Origin: Octopus sinensis
Taxonomy: Eukaryota
Direction of reading: 5' to 3'
NCBI RefSeq assembly: GCF_006345805.1
Contig: NC_042998.1
Span: 144,956,001-145,020,000, forward strand
Length of the DNA: 64,000 nt
Each line of letters starts with the position of its first letter. Position 1 is the stretch's first letter. The notes under the pieces were generated by a model, which saw nothing but the letters and a program-made list of their open reading frames with translations, did no database searches and had not been told where the DNA came from. This document shows positions 26,951 to 38,499 of this stretch, in pieces. Position numbers and translations under genes: made by a program.

Positions 26951-27835
26951 TAGAAATACTTTTAGAAAAATATACAATGAAGATGCATTGCAATGATGAA
27001 AATATATCTGCAAAAGTTTGATTAAAAGGTACGCATTTTCCAGAAAGTTACGAGGGAACAAAGTTGATGGGGCACCAAAATGTCAAAAGTACAATCTTGA
27101 ATGTCACAAGTGACCAAGCATAGAAGGAAAATGAAAATCGAAAGGGACTATTCAGCATTTAGGTAAGCTAACATTTTAAAAATAACTATTATGCAAACAG
27201 CAATTTATTCTCAAAAGATATATTAATGAAAATACTTCTGTAATGCAAGTTATGAAATGTGAGCTAATTGACAAAAAAAAAAAAGCTGAAACTACACATC
27301 ACAGGTGAGTTAATTCATTTATAATTAAATATTACTTTGATATCCAAATTTAATAATTTGGGAATTTTATAAATTATATATAAATATCAACAAAACATAT
27401 CCGTTTTTGAGGATTCATGCTTTGCAAACTTTATCTTTTACTACTTACTGATTGATGTAAACAATTTTCTCAACATTAAATTTAGCTAATAACTTCTTGT
27501 ATGCTAAACTTCATCATTATCACCATTTTGACATCCACTTTTCCATGCTTGCATAGGTCAGAAGGTATTTGTCGAGGCAGATTTTCTATAATTGCATGCC
27601 CTTCCTGTTGCCAACCCTCACCCGTTTCCAAGCATGGAAATATTTCGCCATGGCCAGACTTGTTTTCATAGAAGATTAGAAACAAATGACACCACATGCA
27701 TAATGGCAATATTCATTTACAGCTAACATGCAATGTCAAGATGAAGAGGCACACATACATAGCAGGATTCTTTCAGTTTCCATCTGCCAAATCCATTCAT
27801 GAGGCTTCAGTTGGCCAGGAGCTATTGCTGAAGAG

Positions 27836-28155
27836 GTGAAGGTGTATGGCTTACTGTATAGTATATGGCTCAAAATTGTAAGGTCATGAGTTTGATTCCC
27901 GGCAGTGCATTGTGTCCTTGAACAAAACACTTTATTTCACATCGCTCCAGTCCACTCAGCTGGCAAAACTGAGTAGTACCTGTATTTCAAAGGGCCAGCC
28001 TTGTCCCATTCTGCATCACACTGAATTTCCCTGAGAACTATGCTAAGAGTATACATATCTGTAGAGTGCTCAGCGACTTGCACACTAATTTCGTGAGCAT
28101 GCTGTTCCACTGAATGGATCAACTGGATCTGTCATCATAACCAATGGAGTGCACC
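27836..28155 (+). mobile_element. tRNA-derived SINE family B nested in a minus-strand family A SINE
   Basis: Homologous to 15077-15385. The host SINE resumes at 28160 with 'attgtagaagacacttgcccaaggcacc'. Confidence 0.75.
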
Positions 28156-28667
28156 AGTTTATTGTAGAAGACACTTGCCCAAGGCACCATTCAGTAGGTA
28201 GCCATGCTACAAACCAAGTACTGCCACATCACCAGACAGAAAATACGACAGAACCAAATTCTCATTAAAATGCTAAGTGAGCAATGTCATTAAATGTAAA
28301 GCACTGTACTATAGTCTGGTGTTTTGGCATTTAAAGCAGTATAATTATCTGGCTAATTAATGCATTGTAACATTTTAAATAGTGGTGTTTATATGTTTTA
28401 ATTAATGTCGTTTTAGTACATATGCATGAATTTGTAGATTTTAAGATTCTTTTTCTAAGCACAAATGCACTCCCATTTTACTATTGGAACTAAGAATTTA
28501 ACACCCATGCTTCATGGTTTATAAAATTAAGTTCTAGTTCTATGTAGTCAACAATAACTTCATAATTTTTAAAAAAAAATTAATATAAAAAAATTTCTTT
28601 CAAAATAGTGTAATCTTTTCTAAATCTCTCATAGCTATAGCTTTGTTAATTTAAATATATTAGGTTG

Positions 28668-29058
28668 TTACCTCTGCCAAAGAAGGAGATTATGTTTTCA
28701 TCAGTGTTGATTTGTCCGTCTGTCTGTCTGTCTGTCTGTGCAAAATAACTCAAAAAGTTGTGAGCAGCGTTTGATGAAACTTGCAGCAAAGGTTGGTAAT
28801 GAAACAAGGAACAGATGATGAAATTTTGGTAGTGATCCAGGAATTTTTATGGATTCTTGAAGGATTTTTCATTTGTTATATCTACTTTACATGAAGTATT
28901 ACAATGTTACGTTCTTTGATTATCTCCCTTGAAAACACATTCAACATTTCCATGTAACCTATGGTGGTGTTGCTGATTCCAAAGTTTATTTTCGTTTCTC
29001 TATTAGTAATTTCACTTGCGTATCCATCTTAAAATGAGCTGCTTGGCGCAAGTCTGTG
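28668..29058 (+). mobile_element. Helentron-associated non-autonomous element (HINE / DINE-1-like)
   Basis: 5' 'ttacctctgccaaagaaggagattatgttttc', (GTCT)n microsatellite, 'ttgatgaaactt...aaattttggtagtgatcca', and degenerate 3' subterminal inverted repeat 'cttggcgcaagt'. Confidence 0.6.
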
Positions 29059-29059
29059 G

Positions 29060-29510
29060 AGGATGACATGACAAGACTAGACTATTGGGATCAACTCAAA
29101 AAGCTCAGGCTTTGCTCCTTCCACTGCTGCTGTGAGCTCTATATCTTCTGTATGATGTGGAAAATATTCCATCAACATTGCCCGTCTTTAAAATTCGTTT
29201 GAGGCTTGAATTGGTCACTATGACAGAACTATTTCACCTCAATTGGCCCCGCTCTTTTCAACATCATGCCAGACACACATAAAGGAGGAAAGTGGCTTCA
29301 TGGCATTCAAACAATCCCTAGATGATTACCCCCAACAAATACCAGATAAACCACCCACACCCAGATATGTCTCTAAAAACAATAACCCTCTGCTTGAATG
29401 GGCCACGGTTCCCAACAGCTGACTGTGTATCTCTTCCAGGTGGTGCTATTAAATTAGACATAGCCTGAGTCAACTTCAGCCAAAACTTATCTAAGTAATC
29501 TAATCTATGC
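29060..29510 (+). pseudogene. CR1-clade LINE 3' end relic
   Basis: Translation MTRLDYWDQLKKLRLCSF...YIFCMMWKIF, IGPALFNIMP, FKQSLDDY..QIPDKP; tail 'ttatctaagtaatctaatcta'. Confidence 0.65.
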
Positions 29511-29799
29511 TGTAACCTATTAATCAAAGCATGACATCGTGGGTAGAAGCTGATATCTTAACATTTCTGATGGTCTTAAGTACAAAAAAAATTATTAAAG
29601 ATTTATATACAACTACATTCATAGTATGTCTATAAACTATTGTGTTTAGACCTGGTTTCTATACTCAAACTGTTCCGTTTTGTAGATGCAATTTTTTTTT
29701 TAAAAAAAGAACTCCGAAATTAGAAAAATCAAAAATCTGCAACAATCTCGGTCACACGAGTATTGGATAAGGGATTTTCAACAGTGTAAAGAAACTGAT

Positions 29800-32700
29800 T
29801 GTGGTGATCATAGTTTAGACAGGTTGGACATATTCTTCAAAGAGTTCATCAGTGGAAGGGCACATCCCATTGGTGTACTTGTAGACTACATGATACGCAT
29901 CATGTTTTAGGTAGGTTCTCCACACACACACTCACCATTTTATGGATAAAAGATGCGCTGAAACTTGATGTGGACACTGATGAAGAAATCGCTACATTCA
30001 TTGACCAGCACTAGACGTGCGTCATTCCAGGGGAAGAAGAGAGCAATTTGAGGCAGCTCGTTCTCTCTCTTCAGAAACTGTGATTGTTCCTGCAGGAATA
30101 CCATGGTGTGGTGAAACTAGTGAAATCGAGGAAACAGGTGGTGTTGAAGCGTCAACCTTCAGAAATGTAGATCAACCAGTATAATACAAAGATCCTCAAA
30201 ATCTGGCATGCTAACAAGGACCTGCAGTTCATCATGGACCCATACTTGTGCATCATGTACATCACCAGTTACATAATGAAAAGTGAGAGGGCTATGAGTG
30301 AACTGCTGAAAAAAAGTAGCTGAAGAAAGCAGAGGTGAAGACTTGAAATCAAAACTGAGAAAAGTAGGATCAGGTTTTCTAAACAACAGGGAAGTTAGTG
30401 CTTAGGAGGCTGCCTACAGGATCCTCTACCTGCCACTGAAGAGGGACAGTCGAAAAGTGTTTTTCAACACTACACCAGAAGACAAACGTGTGTACATGCT
30501 TAACCCTTTAGTGTTCAGATTATTCTGTTAAATGTAATACCTTTTCACACAAATTGTTTTGAATTAATCATGCATTATCTTATAGCTTTGAGGTTTCAAT
30601 GATGTGATTGGTTATTTTTAGAATGTCAATGTAGGTTAGGTGTGAGAGGCTAGATATGGCCAGTTCAAATATAAAACATGTAGAATATTTTGGGCCGGTT
30701 TAAACACTAAAGGGTTAAGCTGCAGAAGATCCTCCAAGGTATGGACAAAGATGATGAAGATATCTTTTGTACTTCACCTCTTGACTGCTATGCCATGCGA
30801 CCTGATGTCCTTGAAGATATGTGCTTTGCAGAATTTGCAGTCACTTACACAACTGGAGGAAAAGATGTTCCTGATGACGCAGCTGACCACATCTCTGATG
30901 ATTTAGATGAAAGTGATGAGATCGAAGGTGGTGACAATAACTCAGATACTGAAGAAATTGCAGACAAACTCCAGAAAATTATCACTCTAAAAAACAGCTT
31001 GAGATGCATGAAAAAACGAAAGTGCCACTGCATCATAAGGTTCCACAAAGAAAAGAAGGAAGAAGGCAGATACAGGAACCTGTTGATGCTTTACTATCCA
31101 TGGCGAGATGAAGATATTGATTTGAAAGCTGACTATCCATCCTACCAAGAACACTACAAAAGCGTCGAAGCTACTATCCATTCTAATGAAGCCATGTTCA
31201 GTGTTAACACTGATGAACTGGACAGAGCCTATGATGATTTGAAAAGGATGGGACCTCCTAAGGATGGCTGGGATGCTGTGGCCCCAAATGTGGAGTTCCA
31301 ACATGCAGAAGATGAAGGTGTTGTACAGGAAAGGGAGCTCCCACAGGAAGATCAATTAAGAAATGTCGATCTACCTCCTGAGCTATCAGGTAATCGCTCA
31401 GAACTTCATGTTCATTTCACTGCAGAGCTTAGTAAGGTCCAATAAATCTTAAGCAGTACAGAGCCATGATGCAAAGTTTTTCTCAGTGGGCCAGGAGGAG
31501 TTGGAAAGAGCCACATAATCAAGCTGGTTCACTATGAAACTATGAAGCTGCTAAAACCACTCTCTGGACATTTCAATCCTGATGAACTTCCCATTCTGTT
31601 GATTGCTTTCACAGAGACAGCAGCATTTGGAATTGAGGGGATGATACTGCATTCAGCTCTTGGATTTAACTGTGGACACAAGACTAGTACCCAGTACCAA
31701 TCGACAGGCTGTGAGAAGCTACATATGCTCTGCTCAAGGTTGAGCAAGCTGAAGCTCCTGATTATAGATGAGGTGTCTATGGCTGGAGCCATAGACTACA
31801 TCCATCACCGGCTTCAAGACATCTGTAGGAACTCTGACCCAGATTCCTAATTTGGAGGAGTCAGTGTGATGGCCGTTGGGGATCTCTACCAACTGCAACC
31901 TGTAGGCCAGAATCACGTCTTTGGCCTCCTGAGAGACAACTACACCCGCTTGCTTGGATCTCTGTGGGAGGAAAACTTCAAAGTGATGGAACTCACAGAG
32001 AGCATGCAACAAAAGGACGATCAAAGTTTTGCCCAATTGTTGATGAGGGTCAGGACAGCTACCTGCATGGAAGACGATATAACCTTGCTTAAGACCAGAG
32101 TCATCACCAAAGACAATGACTACCCAGCGAACACCCTTCACGTGTTTAATACAAACAAAGAGGTTGATGAACACAACACAGAACACCTCAAGCTGCTTGA
32201 CCCGATTTATGACATCAAAGCTATCGCCAAAAAGAAAGACATCCAGACTGGCCTCATTGATGTTGCCATTTGCACTAAGGCGTCAGACATTGGCAGCCTC
32301 AGACAGGTAGTGTCTGTAGCAGTTAGCACTAGAGTGATGATAATTGTCAACATAGATGTCTCTGACGGTCTGGCAAATGGCATCAGTGGCACAGTTTTGG
32401 GATCGACAACACCAGTAGTGACGTCCATACAATCCTAGTCGAATTTGACAGTGAACGGATAGGTAAGCAGGCCATCGCTGACAGCCAGTACAAGAGGTCG
32501 TTCCTGGGAGCAGTTCTCATCAAACGACTTGATATTCAGTTCTATACTGGGAGGAGTAGACGATCTGTAGAGGCAAAGCTTTCACAATTTCTTCTCTCAC
32601 TGGCCTGGGGTTGCATCATACATAAAGTCCAGAGCAAGACCATGGATAAGGTTGTTGTTGCCATGCAAGGAAAAGGTTCCTTCATGCCTGGCCAGACATA

Positions 32701-33397
32701 TGTTGCTTTGAGTCACATCCGACACTTGAGTGGCCTCTTCTTGCTTGGATCTGATGCCAGTGCAATTCACACTGGTCCAGCTGTTGTTCATGAAATGGAC
32801 AGGCTTCAACAGTAAACGTCAGAAACTTTGCCTTCCGCTGCTCCCACAGTTACACATGGAAGACTGCAGATCAGGCTGCTCAATATCAGGTCCTACTTTG
32901 AACATGAACAAGACACCAAAGCGGACAACACTCTTCAAAATATTGATATGTTTTGTTTCATGGAAACGTTCTTGAAGCAGAATCAACAAGTATCATCCAT
33001 CCTACCGCAGTCGACGATCACTAGAGCAGACAGGCCTGCTGCACTGGGGTGATGACTTGCCAAGCAGGAGATCGCCCCCACGGATATACATTGAATGTCA
33101 GAGGCTTAGAGTACATCGCTGTTAGGCTAACCATCTTGTCAACAAAAATCAATATCATCACCATTTACAGATCTTTCGTACCAGTTGCTCCTTTTCTCAC
33201 CAGCCTGCATTATCTTATAAGATCTTTGCCAAGGAATCATCTGACCATAGTCCTTGGTAATTTCAACGTGGATCTCCTTGATACCCCTAACCATGAGATT
33301 TTGACAACTATGAAGCAGTTTGGATTCGAGCAACTAGTCCAAAAACCCACCATCAACTATGGAAGCCTGGTAGACCATGTTTATGCGAACTGGGATT
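29800..33397 (+). mobile_element. Helentron/Helitron2-type relic: HUH Rep + PIF1 helicase + AP endonuclease (many stops and frameshifts)
   Basis: Rep motif 2 'RI.F*-GSPHTH...WIKDA' (about 29895-29960) and motif 3 'YNTKILKIWHANKDLQFIMDPYLCIMYITSYIMKSE', then REVSA*EAAYR. PIF1 Walker A GPGGVGKS (31488-31511), LIIDEVSM, GDLYQLQPV, NIDVSDGLANG, IHKVQ, GQTYVALS. APE motifs LLNIRS, ETFL, IYRS, GNFNVD, LVDHVY. Confidence 0.92.
30504..30714. mobile_element. piggyBac-type MITE (211 bp)
   Basis: TTAA TSD at 30500-30503 and 30715-30718; 12-bp perfect TIR ccctttagtgtt / aacactaaaggg. Confidence 0.9.
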
Positions 33398-34686
33398 GTA
33401 ACCAACTGTTACTTTATATGAAAAAATTGTAACTGGCTGTTACTTTATGAGAAAATCACTCAACATAGTTTGGTTGTTATCATTTTCATGAGGTCTGTGG
33501 GTATGAATTTTGTATACCAATACAGTTGGAAAAGAAAAAGAGTCAAGATTAAATGCAAGGTATACATAATTGAGTTTTTAAATGACTGAAATAACAATTA
33601 AAAATGTGACATTTCATGTGAAACAACCTAATATTATATAAAATAGTCTCACTCACAAAGGCTCAAGATACGAGTTGAAGCAACACAGAACTTTTCACTC
33701 CAGATCAGATTTAATGTCAATTTTGATTTTAACATGCTTGCATGGAGTTTATTGAAGCAGATTTTCTATGGCTGGAAGCCCTTCCTGTCACCAACCCTCA
33801 CCCGTTTCCAAACAGGGTAATATTTCCACCCTGGCCAGGCACGTTTTCTCAAAATAATGGAAATGAATAACACTACTTGTATGACAGCAACACAAACAAC
33901 TATTATAGCATGTTGAGACAAGGAGACAAATCTACACAGACACATTATGTGTGTGTGTATCCCCAACAGCCTTCCTTCAATTTCTGTCTACTAAATTCAC
34001 ACACAAGGCTTTGGTTGGCCCAGAAAATAGAAGACATTTGCCCAAAGTGCGACACAGTGGGACTGGACATGAAACCATGTGACTGAGAAGCAAACTTTGC
34101 TTCATTTTAAACATACCAGATTTATTCTGGTGTTGCAGTTGACAATAGGAAGAATATTATAAAAATCAAAACTTGTGAGTAGAGGGGCTACTACAGTACA
34201 TACAAAGTTGTTGATTTACAAATCTGTCCCAACCATGCCAGTATGAAAAAAAAATAGGAAAGGAAAGAAACCTGATGATGTTACTAATTACAATTTCATC
34301 CAATGAAATGTGATAAAATTTCCTCCAAAACTGACATATAATTGCGCTGATTTTCAACCAAACTTCAATACAAACATAGTACAATTGGAATAAATGAATT
34401 TAAAAAATATATAAAATAATTTAATTCTCAATATTTAGTTTTTGAATATATTTTGTACAACAATTATAGCCAGCAATATCTAGCCAATATATGTGACAGT
34501 GTTTATATTATATTTTGTATCTCATGTGATTTTGGCTTTTCATATAAACCACAGTCAATAGCCAAATAATAAAATAAAATAATATTAAATTAATGCCTTG
34601 AGATTTAATGACAAATTTCCAAAAATCTAAAACGATGAAGAAGTAATTAAATGGAACGCACGTTGGTGTATAAGCACAAGTAACAT

Positions 34687-34721
<35 letters not shown>

Positions 34722-34722
34722 A

Positions 34723-37700
34723 GGTCATCGAGGTAGTCAGAATATGTGACAGAATATTGAAGATTAGATTAGTGCTCCATCATAGTTTAGCAACTATTAT
34801 ATCGGCCTATGCCCCTCAGCTAGGGTTACCCGATGGACAGAAAGACCGTTTCTATGACACCCTACTGCAGACCACCTCATTGACGAACAACAGGGACCTT
34901 CTCTTTGTGGCTGGTGACTTCAATGGGCATGTTGGACGATATGCTGAGGGCTTCTATGGCGTTCATGGAGGATATGGTTATGGTTCTCGCAATGAGGAGG
35001 GAACCAGGTTTGCAACACTAACTTCAGGAAACCAACAAGCCACTTGGTCACCTACCGTTCGGGCCAGCATACTAGCCAAATCGACTACATCCTTGCCAGA
35101 AAAAGGGAAAGATGGCTGCTTATGAATGCCAAAACCTTCCCAGGCGAAGAATGTACCCCACAACATAGAATGGTAGTCAGTGACTTTAGGATCAGGACTA
35201 AGAGGACGACTAGAAGACGACCAACATGGAGAAGAAGGGTCTGGAAGCTTAAAGACCCTGCTAATGGACAGAGATTTAGAGACATGTTACTTGAAGCCTT
35301 CGACGAAATAGAAGGGGGCATAGCTACACATGGGGTAGAAGATAACTGGGCGTTTCTAAGGGACAACCTGCTGAAAGCCACTGACCAGATCTGTGGCTGG
35401 TGCAAAGTCCCCACAAGACCCAAAATAACGTGGTGGTGGAACAATACTGTTGACAGGGCTATTAGACAAAAGAAACAGGCTTGGAAGGACTGGACTGCAA
35501 GAAGGGAAGCTAGGAGGCAGGTTTATTTAGCCAGAGGGGAAGCAGATAGGAAAAAATTTGCCAATGTCCTGCGCCGTGAGGATGAAAGACTTGAGGTATT
35601 TCGTATAGCAAGACAGTGTGTGAGAGAGAATCGTGATGTGGTAGGAGAAAAATGTGTTCGCACAGATGACGGCTCACTTGCGCTAAATGAGGATGCAAAG
35701 AGAGAGGTTTGGAGAAGCCACTATGAAAGGTTGCTGAATGAGGAAAATGAATGGGATAAAGAGAGTCTGCCGAATGTTGACCCAACAGAGGGACCAGCAA
35801 TCCGAGTTGACAGTTCCTTAGTAGATAAGGCAATTAAAAGCATGAAAACAAGGAAAGCCCCAGGCCCATCAGGAATTACTGCAGAGATGCTCAAAATATC
35901 TGGTAGTGTCGGCTATAGCCTAGTCACCCGTATAGTTAACCAGGTGATACACGAAGGAGTCATTCCCAATGACTGGTGTAGCAGCATAATAGTCAGCTGC
36001 TACAAAGGTAAAGGTGACGCCCTAGATACAAATAACTACAGGGGTATCAAGCTGCTGGATCAGGTAATGAAGGTTACGGAGAGGGTTATAGCCCAACTAA
36101 TTAGAGAGAGAGTTAACCTAGATCAGATGCAGTTTGGGTTCATGCCAGGGAAAAGTACTACTGATGCTATTTTCATGGTAAGACAGCTGCAAGAGAAATA
36201 CCTAGCCAAAGACAAGCCCCTATACCTGGCTTTTGTTGATATGGAGAAAGCCTTCGACAGGGTCCCCCGATCCCTCATCTGGTAGTCAATGAGGAAACTA
36301 GGGATAGATGAATGGTTAGTGAAAGCTGTACAAGCCATGTACAGAGATGCTGCTAGGCTAGTAAGGTGAGGGTTGGCACTGAGTACAGTGAAGAATTCAA
36401 GGTAGAGGTTGGGGTCCACCAAGGTTCAGTCCTCAGTCCCCTCCTATTTATCATAGTCCTCCAGGCAATAACGGAGGAATTCAAGACAGGATGCCCCTGG
36501 GAGCTCCTCTATGCTGATGACCTTGTTCTAATTGCTGAGTCTCTATCAGAACTAGAGGAGAAGTTTCAGGTATGGAAACAAGGTTTAGAATCGAAGGGCC
36601 TTAGAATCAACCTAGCCAAAACCAAAGTCCTAATAAGTAGGAAGGTAGACCAATCACAAACGCCTTCAGGTAGATGGCCCTGCTCGATCTGTAGAAAAGG
36701 TGTAGGTAGAAACTCTATAAGATGCACCAAGTGTAAGCTATGGACACATAAGAGGTGCAGCAATGTCAAAGGAAGGCTAACTAGGAAGATGGTTTTTGTA
36801 TGTGGCAGATGCTCAGGAACAATTAACACTGAAAATGCTCTGAGACCAACTTCCGTCACTTTCCAGGGAGAAAAGCTAGAAGTAGTTGATAGTTTCCGTT
36901 ACCTAGGTGACCAAGTCAGTAGCGGGGGCGGGTGCGCTGAAAGTATAACTGCTAGAGTAAGAATAACCTGGGCAAAGTTTAGAGAGCTCTTACCCCTGCT
37001 GGTGACAAAAGGCCTCTCGCTCAAAGTAAAAGGCAGACTGTATGATGCATGTGTACGTACAGCCATGCTACATGGTAGTGAAACTTGGGCTGTGACTGCT
37101 GAGGATTTGCGTAAGCTCGCAAGAAATGAAGCTAGTATGCTCCGATGGATGTGTAACGTCAGTGTTCATAATCGACAAAGTGTAAGTACCTTGAGAGAAA
37201 AGTTGAACCTAAGAAGCATCAGTTGTGTGCAAGAGAGACGTATGCGCTGGTATGGTCATGTGATGAGAATGGCTGAAGATAGTTGTGTGCGAAAGTGCCA
37301 CAGCCTGGCAGTTGAGGGGACCTGTGGAAGAGGTAGACCCAGGAAAACCTGGGTCGAGGCGGTGAAGCACGACCTTCGAAATTTAGGTCTCACCAAGGAA
37401 ATGACCAGTGACCGAGACCTTTGGAAGTATGCTGTGCGTGAGAAAACCCGGCAAGACCAGTGAGAACAGTCAAAATCAAAATCAAACCAAATTGAGGTCG
37501 ATCAACATCAGGGGCCCTGTGCAGGTGACACGTAAAAGCACCATCCGTTCGTAGCCGTTTGCCAGCCCTGTCTGGCCCCCGTGTCGGTGGCACGTAAAAG
37601 CACCATCCGTTCGTAGCCGTTTGCCAGCCCTGTCTGGCCCCCGTGTCGGTGGCACGTAAAAGCACCATCCGTTTGTGTTCGTTGCCAGCCTGGCCTGGCC

Positions 37701-38383
37701 CCCGTGCCGGTGACACGTAAAAGCACCATCCGTTTGTGGCCGTTTGCCAGCTCTGTCTGGCCCCCGTGCCGGTGACATGTAAAAGCACCATCCGTTCGTG
37801 GCCGCTTGCCAGCTCTGTCTGGCCCCCGTGCCGGTGACACGTAAAAGCACCATCCGTTCAAGCCGTTTGCCAGCCCTGTCTGGCCCCCATGTCGGTGACA
37901 TGTAAAAGCACCATCCGTTCGTGGCCGCTTGCCAGCTCTGTCTGGCCCCCGTGCCGGTGACACGTAAAAGCACCATCCGTTCAAGCCGTTTGCCAGCCCT
38001 GTCTGGCCCCCATGTCGGTGACATGTAAAACCACCATCCGTTCGTGTCCGTTGCCAGCCTCGCCTGGCCCCCATGCCGGTGACTCGTAAAAGCACCATCC
38101 GCTCGTGGCCGTTTGCCAGCCTCGCCTGGCCCCCGTGCAGGTGACACGTAAAAGCACCATCCGTTTCGTGGCTGTTTGCCAGCTCTGTCTGGCACCTGTG
38201 CGGGTGGCACGTAAAAAGCACCCACTACACTCACGGAGTGGTTGGCGTTAGGAAGGGCATCCAGCCGTAGAAACACTGCCAGATCTGACTGGGCCTGATG
38301 AAGCCTTCCAGCTTCACAGACCCCAGTTGAACCGTCCAACCCATGCCAGCATGGAGAACGGACGCTAAATGATGATGATGATG

Positions 38384-38385
<2 letters not shown>
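34723..38385 (+). mobile_element. RTE-clade LINE, 5'-truncated, young: APE remnant, RT, PHD finger, repeat-array 3' UTR, (GAT)n tail
   Basis: SAYAPQ, GDFNGHVG, QIDYIL, QHRMVVSDF (APE); KAPGPSG, NYRGIKLL, QFGFMPGKST, FVDMEKAFDRVP, GVHQGSVLSP, LLYADDL, FRYLG (RT). ORF ends at 37463. Lesions at about 35010 and 35490, a TAG at 36283-36285 and a 5-bp duplication at about 36352. (TA)n on both flanks. Confidence 0.96.
37511..38223 (+). repeat. Tandem array of 61-63 bp units (11 full + 1 partial) in the RTE 3' UTR
   Basis: Unit starts at 37511, 37574, 37636, 37697, 37759, 37821, 37882, 37944, 38005, 38066, 38128 and 38191. Consensus ggcccccgtgYcggtgRcacgtaaaagcaccatccgttcgtRgccgtttgccagcYctgtct. Confidence 0.97.
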
Positions 38386-38416
<31 letters not shown>

Positions 38417-38499
38417 CACCATTTTAATGGTCACTTTTTCATGTAGTTACTGAAGCAGATATTCTATAGATAGATGCTGTTTCTGTCATCAACACCCAT

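Noticed and set aside
31488-32800. Host PIF1 helicase gene
   Set aside because: Intronless, disrupted, and collinear with the Helitron Rep and APE domains.
33398-33452. Tandem GTAAC-N5-GTTAC hairpins as the Helentron 3' terminus
   Set aside because: They abut a truncated endonuclease with no 3' UTR or matching subterminal repeat, so more likely a different inserted sequence.
37511-38223. CRISPR-like array
   Set aside because: Units are contiguous near-identical tandem repeats with no unique spacers and no cas genes, inside a eukaryotic LINE 3' UTR.
37390-38339. Long minus-strand ORFs (133-285 aa) and similar ORFs at 52.9-53.4 and 62.9-63.7 kb
   Set aside because: Antisense read-through of GC-rich tandem units; the same peptides recur in all frames.
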